From Cyanobacteria bacterium RI_101 (GTDB lineage: Bacteria > Cyanobacteriota > Cyanobacteriia > Cyanobacteriales > Microcystaceae), in the NCBI GenBank assembly GCA_016471375.1, contig WGLZ01000036.1:13564-45563 (forward strand): a stretch of DNA of 32,000 nucleotides, in the 5' to 3' direction. The notes under the pieces are model-generated. The model had not been told where the DNA came from and did not search any database. It worked only from the letters and a program-made list of their open reading frames with translations. Below, piece after piece: positions 14,947 to 24,626 of this stretch; within the stretch, counting starts at the first letter, position 1, and each line of letters opens with the position of its first letter. Both the position numbers and the translations under genes were made by a program.

Positions 14947-16695
14947 ATGTCTTCCCCCCTCCAGCAGTTAACGGCCCGTTTTGCCGAAACCCTCGCGCCT
15001 CTGTTTGCCGTTCCCCTCCCCCAACCCTTGGTGGTTCCGGCCACCAATCCTAAATTTGGGGATTTTCAGTGCAATATCGCCCTGCCCCTGGCGAAAACCC
15101 TGGGGCAACCGCCCCGGACTATCGCCGCCCAGATTGTGGAGCGCCTAGAACTGGGAGATCTTTGCCAAGCGCCGGAAATCGCCGGCCCCGGCTTTATTAA
15201 CCTGACCTTGAAACCGGAGTATCTAGCGGCCCAACTGCGAGACCTTCAGGGCGATCCCCGTTTAGGCGTGGAACCTAGCCCAAACCGGCGCCGGGTGATT
15301 GTGGATTTTTCCAGCCCCAATATCGCCAAGGAAATGCACGTCGGCCATCTGCGCTCTACCATTATTGGCGATTGCCTGGCTCGAACCTTGGAATTTTTAG
15401 GCTACGACGTTCTGCGCCTAAACCACGTGGGGGACTGGGGCACCCAGTTTGGCATGTTGATTACCTATCTGCGGGAAGTCCATCCCCAGGCGCTGACGGA
15501 GGCGGACTCTTTGGATCTAGGAGATCTGGTCAGTTTTTACCGCCAAGCCAAGGCCCGCTTCGACGCCGACGCAGAGTTTAAAGAAATCTCCCGGCAGGCG
15601 GTGGTGGCGCTCCAGGGGGGAGACCCGGAGAGTTTAAACGCCTGGCGCTTGCTCTGCGACCAGTCCCGGCGGGAATTTGCCCGCATTTACGAACAGTTAG
15701 ATATTTGCCTAACGGAACGGGGGGAATCTTTTTATAATCCTTTTCTAGAGGGGGTGATTGAGCGTTTAAATCAAGCGGGTTTACTGACGGAAGATCAGGG
15801 CGCCCAGTGCGTTTTCCTCGACGGCTTTAACAACAAGGACGGCGCCCCGTTGCCTTTAATTGTCCAGAAGTCCGACGGCGGCTATAACTACGCGACGACG
15901 GATCTAGCGGCTCTTAAATATAGGTTCACTGAAGACCAGGTCGACGCAATTTTCTACGTTACCGATAGCGGCCAAGCCAATCATTTTGCCCAGGTCTTTC
16001 AAGTCGCCCTGCGGGCGGGTTTGATTCCCCCGGAGAAAACCGTCCTGCACGTTCCCTTTGGTTTAGTGAAAGGCGAGGACGGCAAAAAGCTGAAAACCCG
16101 CTCCGGGGACACCATTCGTCTCCAGGATCTTCTCGATGAAGCCGTGGCCCGGGCCCGTCAGGATTTGGAGTCCCGACTGGAGAGCGAAGGCCGGACGGAA
16201 AGCGCCGACTTTATCAACGAAGTGGCCCAACGGGTGGGTCTCGGCGCCGTTAAATACGCGGATTTGAGCCAAAATCGCCTGAGCGACTATTGTTTTAGCT
16301 ACGACAAAATGCTGGCCCTCCAGGGCAACACAGCGCCCTATCTCCTCTACGCCTACGCCCGCATTCAAAGTATCGCTCGGGAGGGCGATTTAGATTTAGA
16401 ACAGCGACAAATCGGCGCTTTGGAACTGGCGGAGCCGAGCGAACTGACCCTCGCCAAGGCGCTGTTGGCCCTGCCGGACGTTCTGGCGGAAGTGGAAACC
16501 AGCCTTTTGCCCAACCGCCTCTGCGATTACCTCTACGAATTGAGCAAACACTTCAACCGCTTCTACGAAGACTGCCCCATCCTCAAGGCGCCGGAACCCC
16601 AACGCGGTTCTCGACTCCTCCTCTGCGACCTCTGCGCCCGGACGCTAAAACTGGGTCTGGGACTGTTGGGGATCGCCGTGTTAGAGCGGATGTAG
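14947..16695 (+). CDS. argS: Arginine--tRNA ligase
   Basis: Class I motifs [16 protein letters not shown] (HIGH-type) and a KMSK-equivalent region. The N-terminus [16 protein letters not shown] is typical, and the C-terminus ends ...VLERM. The start was moved from the track's TTG at 14911 to the ATG at 14947 (alternative 14938). Confidence 0.92.
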   Translation: MSSPLQQLTARFAETLAPLFAVPLPQPLVVPATNPKFGDFQCNIALPLAKTLGQPPRTIAAQIVERLELGDLCQAPEIAGPGFINLTLKPEYLAAQLRDLQGDPRLGVEPSPNRRRVIVDFSSPNIAKEMHVGHLRSTIIGDCLARTLEFLGYDVLRLNHVGDWGTQFGMLITYLREVHPQALTEADSLDLGDLVSFYRQAKARFDADAEFKEISRQAVVALQGGDPESLNAWRLLCDQSRREFARIYEQLDICLTERGESFYNPFLEGVIERLNQAGLLTEDQGAQCVFLDGFNNKDGAPLPLIVQKSDGGYNYATTDLAALKYRFTEDQVDAIFYVTDSGQANHFAQVFQVALRAGLIPPEKTVLHVPFGLVKGEDGKKLKTRSGDTIRLQDLLDEAVARARQDLESRLESEGRTESADFINEVAQRVGLGAVKYADLSQNRLSDYCFSYDKMLALQGNTAPYLLYAYARIQSIAREGDLDLEQRQIGALELAEPSELTLAKALLALPDVLAEVETSLLPNRLCDYLYELSKHFNRFYEDCPILKAPEPQRGSRLLLCDLCARTLKLGLGLLGIAVLERM

Positions 16696-16803
16696 CGCCG
16701 AAGCGGGTCTAAGGAGATCCCGAACAAGCTCCGCTCCGATTAGCGCCCCTTTGCTAAAGCTTGGGTGTGTACAGATCTCGGTTAAAGACCTGTTTTGAAG
16801 TTT

Positions 16804-16879
16804 GATCCCCCTAAATCCCCCTTTGCAAGGGGGACTTTGGATCTTGCTCCCCCCTTTCCAAGGGGGGTTAGGGGGGATC
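16804..16879. repeat. 76-bp double-hairpin palindromic element (GATCCCCCTAAATCCCCCTTTGCAAGGGGGACTTTG...CCCCCCTTTCCAAGGGGGGTTAGGGGGGATC)
   Basis: A second copy of the same length lies at 31337-31412. Track ORF 16681..16905(-) is made of it. Confidence 0.85.
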
Positions 16880-16926
16880 GTCATGGGATTGCGTTCACGA
16901 CTCATCCGTAAATGCTATAGAAGTTT

Positions 16927-17667
16927 TCAAGCCGCCCCTTCCTCGGCGCCGTTGAGTTTGCGATAACAGCGGGCGGTGGTGAAATAGGGGTGGAAAATTT
17001 CTAAAAATTCCGCTTGCAGGGTGAGGAAAAAGGCCTCGATCTGCTCTGGATCGTCTAAGTGGAAAGGAAATTCGCCCTCAAAGCCTTTGAAAAAGTACCA
17101 GTTGGTAATCAAGCGCCCCTGGGGAGCCAGCATTTGGGCAAAGCGCCGCAGTTGTCGGGCCGGGTTTGGCAAATGCTCAAGGACGTCGAAACATTGAATC
17201 GCGTCAAACATTTCCCCAGTCGGCGCCGTTTGGCAGACCACTTTATCTGTCAGCCCCAACCGCTCCAGGCGAAACTGGACAAATTTTAAATTAATAGGAT
17301 TAAGGTCGCAATAGACCACTTTTTCAATTTGAGGACACAGCGCCGCGGCGATGGCGTGGGTGCCGATACCGCCGCCAAAATCCAGGACTCGACCCTGACC
17401 GTAGTCCCGAATCAACCGAATCGTGTCGCCGATATAATCCCGACTACTCAGGTGCCAAGCGCCCAGTTCAAAGAGATAAATATCCCCCACTTGATCCTGA
17501 TAGAACGCTTCCGCTTGACTCCAATCAAAATCTCGATGGCCCAGGGTCGCTAATTGTTCTTTACTTTCCCCCAAACGGCGCTCTAGGGTGGCTCGGTCTA
17601 ATCCTAAAAAGTCCTGTAAATGGGACTCTAAATCAAAGGCGTTGTCAAGATAGGCTTGGAGAGGCAT
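16927..17667 (-). CDS. Class I SAM-dependent methyltransferase
   Basis: 246 aa. Motif I is RVLDFGGGIGTHAIA, and the post-I acidic residue (YCDLNP) and motif II/III (FDAIQCFDVLEHLPNP) are present. It starts 8 nt after the metF stop. Confidence 0.8.
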   Translation of the reverse strand: MPLQAYLDNAFDLESHLQDFLGLDRATLERRLGESKEQLATLGHRDFDWSQAEAFYQDQVGDIYLFELGAWHLSSRDYIGDTIRLIRDYGQGRVLDFGGGIGTHAIAAALCPQIEKVVYCDLNPINLKFVQFRLERLGLTDKVVCQTAPTGEMFDAIQCFDVLEHLPNPARQLRRFAQMLAPQGRLITNWYFFKGFEGEFPFHLDDPEQIEAFFLTLQAEFLEIFHPYFTTARCYRKLNGAEEGAA

Positions 17668-17675
17668 AGGTTATG

Positions 17676-18563
17676 TTACAGCGCCCCGATACCGGCGCGA
17701 TCCAGAATTTCCGGGATTAAATCTTCCCGCTTAATGGCCATTAAATGGACGCCTTGACAGAGGTCTTTGGCTAATTTGACCTGCTCGGCGGCGATAGTAA
17801 TCCCCTCCTGAAGCTGATCCGGCGCTTGTTCCAGGCGCTGAATTAAAGCCTCGGGAATATGGACTCCCGGCACGTTTCGTTGGATAAAACGGGCATTTTT
17901 AGCGGATTTGAGCAGGAAAATCCCCGCCAGAATGGGTTTCCCGCATCCCGCCGCCACCTGGGTCATAAACTTATCCAGGCGCTCGAAGTCCGTAATCAAC
18001 TGACTTTGGAAAAATTGAGCGCCGGCTTGGAGCTTTCGCTCAAAACGTTTCTGCAACCCCGACCAACTATCGGACTGGGGGTCCGCCGCGGCGCCGGGAA
18101 AAAGGTCTAAGGCTCCGTCCCCTAACGGCGCTCCGTTATAGTCGGCGCCGTTGTTGAGACTTTGAATCAGTTTCAGCAAACGAACAGATTCTAGGTCATA
18201 GACCGCCCTCGCCTGGGGATGGTCGCCCGCCTTGAGGGGATCGCCGGTGAGCGCCAAAATATTCGTTATCCCCAGCGCCTGGGCGCCCATTAAATCCGCT
18301 TGTAAACCGATGACGTTCCGGTCCCGGCAGGTGACTTGGCAAATCGGTTCAATTCCCGCCCGCTGGAGCAAAACACAAGCCGCTAGGGAAGACATCCGCA
18401 GAACGGCGCGACTGCCGTCGGTGATATTCACCCCATGCACTCGGGATTTAAGTTTTTCCGCCACGGCCAACATCCGTTGAGGATCGGCGCCCTTGGGCGG
18501 GGTCACTTCGGCGGTAATCAAGAAAGCGCCGGACTCGGCGGCTTGGCGGAAGGGCGTTGGCAT
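17676..18563 (-). CDS. metF: Methylenetetrahydrofolate reductase (MTHFR family)
   Basis: 295 aa. FLITAEVTPPKGADP, VNITDGSRAVLRMSSLA and LALTGDP are typical MetF/MTHFR TIM-barrel motifs. Confidence 0.85.
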   Translation of the reverse strand: MPTPFRQAAESGAFLITAEVTPPKGADPQRMLAVAEKLKSRVHGVNITDGSRAVLRMSSLAACVLLQRAGIEPICQVTCRDRNVIGLQADLMGAQALGITNILALTGDPLKAGDHPQARAVYDLESVRLLKLIQSLNNGADYNGAPLGDGALDLFPGAAADPQSDSWSGLQKRFERKLQAGAQFFQSQLITDFERLDKFMTQVAAGCGKPILAGIFLLKSAKNARFIQRNVPGVHIPEALIQRLEQAPDQLQEGITIAAEQVKLAKDLCQGVHLMAIKREDLIPEILDRAGIGAL

Positions 18564-18565
18564 TG

Positions 18566-18614
18566 GTTAGGGAGTAGGAGTTAGGGAGTAGGGGTTGGGA
18601 ATTGGGAGTTAGGG
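18566..18614. repeat. Seven tandem heptamers (GTTAGGG AGTAGGA GTTAGGG AGTAGGG GTTGGGA ATTGGGA GTTAGGG) immediately upstream of the metF start codon
   Basis: Read directly. On the coding (minus) strand this is a CCCTAAC-type pyrimidine-rich leader ending 2 nt before the ATG. Confidence 0.85.
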
Positions 18615-18682
18615 AGAATGGACAGAGCCAAACTTTCAAAATTAGCTTGTCGGTGATCTCAGCAGTCTATTCCTTGAAGTTT

Positions 18683-18710
18683 GATAACTGGTAACTGATA
18701 ACTGATAACT
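18683..18710. repeat. Four tandem heptamers (GATAACT GGTAACT GATAACT GATAACT), STRR-like
   Basis: Read directly. It begins 3 nt after the trpS stop codon. It is the reverse complement of the family at 20967-20994. Confidence 0.85.
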
Positions 18711-18713
18711 GAA

Positions 18714-19724
18714 TTAAGTTTTGGGCAAAAACCCCGCGGCTTCCCGCACTCGCTCCAAAGTCGCCGTCGCCGCCTGGTTGGCTTTATGGTTCCCTTCCCG
18801 GAGGACGGATTGGAGATAGCCGGGATCCGCCATGATCTTTTGGTATTTATCTTGAATGGGTCGCAGGGCCTCGATGGCGGTTTCCGCAAGGAGCGGTTTA
18901 AACTGACCCCAGCCCATCTCCCGGCATTCCGCCGCGACGCTTTCCCGACTTTGACCCGAGAGCAGTTGGTACAGCGTTAACAGGTTATGGCATTCCGGGC
19001 GCTCGGGGTCGTCAAACCACAAACCCTTAACGGGATCGGTTTTACATTTTTTGATCTTTTTCTGAATTGTTTCCGGGGAGTCTAGCAAGTTAATCCGGCT
19101 TAACTCCGATTCGTCGGATTTCGACATTTTCTTGGTTCCGTCCGCGAGGCTCATCACCCGAGCGCCGGCTTTTTGAATGAGAGGATCGGGCACTTTTAAG
19201 ACGGGGTTTTCCGGTTGTCCAAATTTATCGTTGACCCGGATAGCGATGTCCCGAGTCAGTTCTAAATGTTGTTTTTGGTCTTCCCCCACGGGCACTTTAT
19301 CGGCGCTGTAGAGGAGAATATCGGCGGCCATGAGGACGGGGTAATCCAGCAGTCCCACGCTGACGTTTTCCCCCTGTTTCAGGGCCTTTTCCTTAAACTG
19401 AATCATCCGCTCTAACCAGTTCAAGGGCGTAAAACAGTTCAACAGCCAAGCCAATTCGCTGTGGGCCGCCACATGGGACTGGATAAAGATGGTGGAATAC
19501 CGGAGGTCGACGCCGCAGGCGAGGTATAAAGCGGCGACGGCTTGAGTATCCTGGGCTAAGCTTTGGGGATTATGGGGAACGGTAATGGCGTGAAGATCCA
19601 CCACGCAGAAAAAATTCTCATACTCGGACTGAAGTTCCACCCAGTTGCGAACGGCGCCGAGGTAGTTGCCGAGGTGGAGGTTGCCGGTGGGTTGGACGCC
19701 GGAGAGGATACGGGGTTTGCCCAT
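18714..19724 (-). CDS. trpS: Tryptophan--tRNA ligase
   Basis: 336 aa. GVQPTGNLHLGNYLGA (HIGH-type) and KMSKS are present. Confidence 0.93.
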   Translation of the reverse strand: MGKPRILSGVQPTGNLHLGNYLGAVRNWVELQSEYENFFCVVDLHAITVPHNPQSLAQDTQAVAALYLACGVDLRYSTIFIQSHVAAHSELAWLLNCFTPLNWLERMIQFKEKALKQGENVSVGLLDYPVLMAADILLYSADKVPVGEDQKQHLELTRDIAIRVNDKFGQPENPVLKVPDPLIQKAGARVMSLADGTKKMSKSDESELSRINLLDSPETIQKKIKKCKTDPVKGLWFDDPERPECHNLLTLYQLLSGQSRESVAAECREMGWGQFKPLLAETAIEALRPIQDKYQKIMADPGYLQSVLREGNHKANQAATATLERVREAAGFLPKT

Positions 19725-19845
19725 AACGAGGGAGGGAGAAGCCGCAAGGTCGGCGGAAAACGTTAATAATTTTTAACATTATGCCCGTCTTTGGGCGCTT
19801 CTAGGGATCGCTTTGACAAACCTCAAACCCTCTCATGCCCCTCTC

Positions 19846-20955
19846 ATGCCTAAACTCAGCCTCGGAACGCGGCTCTTTTTTTCCCACCTGACGGTGATGC
19901 TGGTGGGCTTGGCCAGTTTTGTCATTTTAGCTAAGCTCTCCTCCCCAAAAATGTTTCTGCTCCGATTAGAACAACTGGAGAATCAGGGTTTTATCACCGT
20001 CCGCTCCGCCCGCACTTATCTAGTGAAAGGCTTTGAGACCGCCTGGAACAGCAGCGCTTTCTGGGCCGTGATTTTCGGCGCCAGCGCCGCGGGGGGGCTG
20101 AGTTACTTAGCGGCGGAGCGGATTTGTCAACCCCTAAAGCAGATGAAGGAGATTACCCAAAAATTAGCCGCCGGCAATTTGGAGGAGCGGATGCCGGAGA
20201 CGATGATTCCCGAATTTAACCAACTGGGAAAGAGTTTTAACGTCATGGCTAGTAGTTTGGCGGACGTGGAACAGCGCCGACGGGATCTGATTAGCGACTT
20301 GACCCACGAACTGCGCTCCCCTTTAACGGTGGTGCGGGGATATTTAGAAGAATTGGCGGACGGCAATATCGCCCCGTCCCCTGAACTTTACCAGCGCCTC
20401 GTGGGAGAAACTCGCCGATTAGAGCGTTTAACCTGGGATCTTCAGGAACTCTCCAAGGCCGAGGCGGGCTATTTAACCATTCAACCCCAAGCCTTTTCCC
20501 TCTATCCTCTGTTGGAAGCCTTGGTCGAAAAGTTTCGAGACCAAATCCCGGAGGACGGGCCCGAACTGGTTTTAGAGTCCCGTCGTCATCACCCTAAGGT
20601 TTACGCCGACCCTGACCGGACTGAGCAAATTTTAGTCAATCTCATTGGCAACGCGATCCGCTACACTGAAACCGGCGCGATTACCCTCAAAACCTGGGTG
20701 GATCCCCAGAATAAATCCCAACTCTGGATCTCGGTCGCGGACACCGGCGTCGGTATCGGCGCCGAAGATCTGCCCCATGTCTTTGAGCGTTTTTGGCGGG
20801 CCGATAAATCCCGCTCCCGCCATTCCGGGGGCACAGGCATCGGTTTAGCCATCGTCCAGCGCCTCGCGGAACTCCAGGGCGGCGCTGTGACAGTCCGCAG
20901 TGTTTTGGGAGAAGGAAGCGAATTTTGTTTTTCCTTACCCCTAGCGCCGGATTAA
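19846..20955 (+). CDS. Membrane-bound sensor histidine kinase with HAMP domain (orphan; no adjacent response regulator)
   Basis: It has two TM segments, a HAMP region (QPLKQMKEITQKLAAGNLEERMP), the H-box SDLTHELRSPLT, the N-box LVNLIGNAIRYT, G1 DTGVGI and G2 GGTGIGLAIV. The ATG at 19846 is preferred over the track's TTG at 19813. Confidence 0.85.
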   Translation: MPKLSLGTRLFFSHLTVMLVGLASFVILAKLSSPKMFLLRLEQLENQGFITVRSARTYLVKGFETAWNSSAFWAVIFGASAAGGLSYLAAERICQPLKQMKEITQKLAAGNLEERMPETMIPEFNQLGKSFNVMASSLADVEQRRRDLISDLTHELRSPLTVVRGYLEELADGNIAPSPELYQRLVGETRRLERLTWDLQELSKAEAGYLTIQPQAFSLYPLLEALVEKFRDQIPEDGPELVLESRRHHPKVYADPDRTEQILVNLIGNAIRYTETGAITLKTWVDPQNKSQLWISVADTGVGIGAEDLPHVFERFWRADKSRSRHSGGTGIGLAIVQRLAELQGGAVTVRSVLGEGSEFCFSLPLAPD

Positions 20956-20966
20956 GATCAGATTTT

Positions 20967-20994
20967 CAGTTATTAGTGATCAGCTATCAGTTAT
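20967..20994. repeat. Four tandem heptamers (CAGTTAT TAGTGAT CAGCTAT CAGTTAT), STRR-like
   Basis: Read directly, 12 nt after the histidine kinase stop. Confidence 0.8.
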
Positions 20995-21146
20995 CGAAAC
21001 TATAGCGTTATTCTCTCGACTGAGAGACAATCTGATAGCTTAAACTCTTAATTTGAGCGCTGAGCGTAGCGCTGTCCTGAGCTTGTCGAAGGGTCGAAGA
21101 GCGTCTGTCACCCATCTGTAAACCGCTATAGCAACTAATTTTTAAC

Positions 21147-21833
21147 ATGAAAGCCGTTAATTTTTTAAACTTAATTCGTCAAGAAAAGCGCCAATTTGCC
21201 GTGATTGGGCTGGGGCGTTTTGGGCGAGCCGTTTGCGAAACGCTATACCACAATGGCTACGAAGTTCTAGGGGTGGATCAAGACGAAAAATTGGTGGCGG
21301 AAATTTTAGCAGACCGGGTGGTAGCCAACGCGATGACACTCGATTCCACCGACGACAACGCCCTCCGGGAAGCGGGCATTTTTGAGATTGACACGGTCAT
21401 TGTCGCCATTGGCAATTACCTCAAGGAAAGTATTATCACCGCCATGAACCTTAAGGAAGCTGGGGTCAAACATGTCGTGGCCAAAGTTTCCTCCGATACC
21501 CACGAGAAAATTCTTCGGCGTTTGGGAGTTGATTTAATCGTCTTTCCCGAACAGGAAGCCGGTCAAGATTTAGCCTACCGTTTGACCAAGCCCGCCATTG
21601 TGGATCGCTTTAAGCTTGACCCGGAAAATAGCATCGTTGAAATTCTCGCGCCCGAAGAGTTTTGTAATAAAACGCTAGCGGAATTAGAGTTGCGCAAAAA
21701 TTATGGCGTCAGCGTTTTAGCCATTGGCAATGAAAAGAAATTTAAGATTAACCCTTCTCCCCAGGATCGATTACAAAAGGGGATGATTATGGTGCTCATT
21801 GGACTCAATGAGAATATTAATAAATTGGTTTAA
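21147..21833 (+). CDS. ktrA: TrkA/KtrA-family K+ uptake regulatory subunit (RCK_N + RCK_C)
   Basis: 228 aa. It has the Rossmann motif FAVIGLGRFGRAV and a C-terminal TrkA_C-like segment (LAELELRKNYGVSVLAI...). The size matches KtrA. Confidence 0.8.
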   Translation: MKAVNFLNLIRQEKRQFAVIGLGRFGRAVCETLYHNGYEVLGVDQDEKLVAEILADRVVANAMTLDSTDDNALREAGIFEIDTVIVAIGNYLKESIITAMNLKEAGVKHVVAKVSSDTHEKILRRLGVDLIVFPEQEAGQDLAYRLTKPAIVDRFKLDPENSIVEILAPEEFCNKTLAELELRKNYGVSVLAIGNEKKFKINPSPQDRLQKGMIMVLIGLNENINKLV

Positions 21834-22031
21834 GAGTTTTGGCGCGGGCAAGGAACCGGTCGGCCCTTTGGCTCATGACCCTAGATAATCGCTATCTTGA
21901 AAAAACGGCGCCGGGGAGAATTCGGACGCTCGGAAATAACCGCCGGAGGAAGTCGCCTGCAACGGCGGGTTCTCGGGTTCTGGGTTTTCACAGCCAGCGC
22001 TCACTGACAAGAGATGAGACTGACTTCAACT

Positions 22032-22832
22032 TTAGCCAAAACGACCGCTGACATAATCCCGGGTCGCCTCTTGCTGGGGATTTTGGAAGATCGTTTCCGT
22101 GGGGGCGTACTCTACCAAGTAGCCGACCTTAGCGCCCTTTTGGGTGGCTTCGGCGTTAAAAAAGGCCGTCCAGTCGGAAACCCGTGACGCCTGTTGCATG
22201 TTGTGGGTGACGATAACGATGGTGTACTGGGTTTTGAGTTCGTGAATTAACTCCTCCACCTTGAGGGTGGAAATGGGATCCAGCGCCGAGCAGGGTTCGT
22301 CCATTAAGATCACCTCCGGTTGCACGGCGATGGCCCGGGCGATACAGAGGCGCTGTTGTTGTCCCCCAGAGAGCGCCAGCCCGCTCTGCTTGAGCTTATC
22401 TTTGACCTCGTCCCAGAGCGCCGCTTTAGTCAGGCTACTTTCCACCAGTTCGTCTAGATCGCCCTGGAAATTGTTTAACCGGGCGCCCCAGGCCACATTT
22501 TCGTAAATAGATTTCGGGAAGGGGTTGGCTTTTTGGAAGACCATGCCGATGGAACTGCGCAGACCCACGGGATCGACGGCGTCGGCGTAAATATTGCGGC
22601 CCCGGTAGGTGATGCTTCCCTCGACGCGGGCGCTGGCCACCAGGTCGTTCATACGGTTAAAACACCGCAACAGGGTGCTTTTGCCGCAACCGGAGGGGCC
22701 GATAAAGGCGATGACCTGGCGCTCCGGGATATCGATATTGCAGTCCCGCACCGCGAGGTGAGAGCCGTAATAAACATTGACGTTTTGGGCGCGGAGCACC
22801 GCTTCGGTAATCGTTTCTGTAGGAGTGACCAT
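22032..22832 (-). CDS. pstB: Phosphate ABC transporter ATP-binding protein PstB (distal copy)
   Basis: 266 aa. Walker [10 protein letters not shown], signature [14 protein letters not shown], Walker [12 protein letters not shown] and the C-terminus [10 protein letters not shown] are present. Confidence 0.93.
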   Translation of the reverse strand: MVTPTETITEAVLRAQNVNVYYGSHLAVRDCNIDIPERQVIAFIGPSGCGKSTLLRCFNRMNDLVASARVEGSITYRGRNIYADAVDPVGLRSSIGMVFQKANPFPKSIYENVAWGARLNNFQGDLDELVESSLTKAALWDEVKDKLKQSGLALSGGQQQRLCIARAIAVQPEVILMDEPCSALDPISTLKVEELIHELKTQYTIVIVTHNMQQASRVSDWTAFFNAEATQKGAKVGYLVEYAPTETIFQNPQQEATRDYVSGRFG

Positions 22833-22841
22833 AGTTTTTTT

Positions 22842-22927
22842 TCAGATTTCAGATTTCAGAGATCAGATTTCAATAAAGTTAGGCTTTCAGATTGCAGATA
22901 TCTGTCATCTGATATCTGTCATCTGTC
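22842..22927. repeat. Two heptamer arrays in the pstB-pstB spacer: TCAGATT x4 (22842-22869, one variant) and ATCTGTC x4 (22900-22927, one variant)
   Basis: Read directly. The second array ends 1 nt before the stop codon of the upstream pstB copy. Confidence 0.85.
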
Positions 22928-22928
22928 T

Positions 22929-23735
22929 TTATCCAAAGCGCCCGCTGACGTAATCCTTGGTTTCCTGTTGTTGGGGATTGCCAAAGATATTTTCCGTGCG
23001 GTCGTATTCAACGAGATAACCCACTTTACTGCCTTTGCCCGTGGCTTCGGCGTTGAAGAAGGCGGTCACGTCCGCCACCCGGGTGGCCTGTTGCATGTTA
23101 TGGGTGACGATGATGATGGTGTACTTCTCTTTGAGTTCGTTCATCAACTCCTCCACCTTGAGGGTGGAGATGGGATCCAGCGCCGAGCAGGGTTCGTCCA
23201 TCAGGAGGACTTCCGGTTGCATGGCGATGGCTCGGGCGATACAGAGGCGCTGTTGTTGCCCCCCGGAGAGGGAAAAACCGCTGGCTTGGAGTTTATCCTT
23301 GACCTCGTCCCAGAGCGCCGCCCGCCGCAGGGAGGATTCCACCAATTCCTGTAGGTCGCCCCGGTAGTTGTTGACCCGAGCGCCGTAAACCACGTTATCA
23401 AAAATGGTTTTGGGGAAAGGGTTAGGTTTTTGAAAAACCATGCCGATACTTTTGCGCACGGCCACCGGATCCACATCCGGCGCGTAGAGGTCTTGACCGT
23501 GGTACTCAATGCGCCCGTCCACCCGAAAACCGTGGACTAAATCATTAAGGCGATTAAAGCACCGGAGAATGGTGCTTTTTCCGCAACCGGAGGGGCCGAT
23601 GAAGGCGGTGACTTGATTTTTGGGAATGCCTAGAGTCACGTCCCGCACCGCCCGGTAGGCGCCGTAGTAGATATCGATATTATGGGTGCGGATAACCGTC
23701 TGTTCATTGCCGACGGGCGCGTCTTGGGGATTCAT
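22929..23735 (-). CDS. pstB: Phosphate ABC transporter ATP-binding protein PstB (proximal copy)
   Basis: 268 aa. It has the same motif set as the distal copy and high amino-acid identity to it. Confidence 0.93.
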   Translation of the reverse strand: MNPQDAPVGNEQTVIRTHNIDIYYGAYRAVRDVTLGIPKNQVTAFIGPSGCGKSTILRCFNRLNDLVHGFRVDGRIEYHGQDLYAPDVDPVAVRKSIGMVFQKPNPFPKTIFDNVVYGARVNNYRGDLQELVESSLRRAALWDEVKDKLQASGFSLSGGQQQRLCIARAIAMQPEVLLMDEPCSALDPISTLKVEELMNELKEKYTIIIVTHNMQQATRVADVTAFFNAEATGKGSKVGYLVEYDRTENIFGNPQQQETKDYVSGRFG

Positions 23736-23756
23736 AGGATTAACTCCAGAGGAGGG

Positions 23757-24620
23757 TTAGAAGGATTTGCGACGGGTGGCGAGACGAGCGCCGACGCTGG
23801 TGGCGAGAACTAAAAACACCAAAATCAGGGACGCGGCCCAGGCCAATTGTTGTTGGGGAGCGAAGGGCACCGTGGCGAAGTTATAGACCAGCACCGCCAG
23901 GGTGGCGATAGGCTCCTTGACTCCCTTGGGCCAGAAGTTGGAAAACAGCGCCGTGAAAATGAGAGGGGCGGTTTCCCCCGCGGCCCGGGCGATGGCCAAG
24001 GTGACGCCGGTCAAAATCGAAGGCAGGGCGGCGGGTAAGACGATAAACAACACCGTTTGAAATTTGTAGGCGCCGACTCCGAGAGCCGCCCAGCGGATAT
24101 CCTGGGGCACGATTTGCAGGGCCTCGTCCGTGGTGCGGATAATCGTGGGGAGCATCAACACCGCCAGGGCGGTGCCGCCGGCGATGGCGGAAAAGCCTAA
24201 AATCCCCGACGCCACAAAGAGACCGTAGGCGAAAATCCCGGCGATGATGGAGGGCACCCCGCTGAGGATGTTGGTGGCGAAGCGGACTCCCCGAGCGATT
24301 TGGTTATCGTCGCTAAATTCCGAGAGGTAAATAGCCGCTAAGACGCCGATGGGCACGGCGATAGCCACGGCGATGGAGACCACGATCAGGGTGCCCATAA
24401 TGGCGTTGGCCACCCCGCCGCCGCTCAACCCCGGCGGCGGCGGCAGTTTGGTGAAGAGGTCAAGATTAATGCGGCTCACGCCTTGGATGGTGACGTAAAT
24501 CAACACCGCGAAGAGGGGAATCAGGGTCAGGAGCAAGCAAGCGCCGGCGACCCCGGTCATGGCTAGCCCCACTAGGGTGCGGGGACTAGAGCTTTGTTTT
24601 TTAAGATTGGCGACGGTCAT
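23757..24620 (-). CDS. pstA: Phosphate ABC transporter permease PstA
   Basis: 287 aa with 6 TM segments and an EAA-like loop (IARAAGETAPLIFTA). It sits between pstC and pstB. Confidence 0.9.
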   Translation of the reverse strand: MTVANLKKQSSSPRTLVGLAMTGVAGACLLLTLIPLFAVLIYVTIQGVSRINLDLFTKLPPPPGLSGGGVANAIMGTLIVVSIAVAIAVPIGVLAAIYLSEFSDDNQIARGVRFATNILSGVPSIIAGIFAYGLFVASGILGFSAIAGGTALAVLMLPTIIRTTDEALQIVPQDIRWAALGVGAYKFQTVLFIVLPAALPSILTGVTLAIARAAGETAPLIFTALFSNFWPKGVKEPIATLAVLVYNFATVPFAPQQQLAWAASLILVFLVLATSVGARLATRRKSF

Positions 24621-24626
24621 GGGCGT

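Noticed and set aside
20996-21146. A c-di-AMP (ydaO-type) riboswitch in the ktrA leader, suggested by the K+ transport context and a long-range inverted repeat (CTATAGCG ... CGCTATAG)
   Set aside because: The conserved ydaO core elements (GGGGA/CCCGA-type pseudo-symmetric motifs) are absent. The interior resembles a common dispersed repeat fragment (GAGCGTAGCGCTGTCCTGAGCTTGTCGAAGGGTCGAAG).
21839-22051. 70-aa ORF between ktrA and pstB
   Set aside because: It uses a non-ATG start, has no RBS, has an R/N/S-rich sequence and overlaps the pstB 3' end. It is most likely non-coding convergent-terminator space.
22533-23354. 273-aa plus-strand ORF spanning both pstB genes (also 22261-22506 and 23035-23367)
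   Set aside because: It is antisense to two strongly supported PstB genes and crosses their repeat spacer. Its composition is low-complexity G/D/H/A-rich, typical of shadow ORFs in GC-rich coding DNA.
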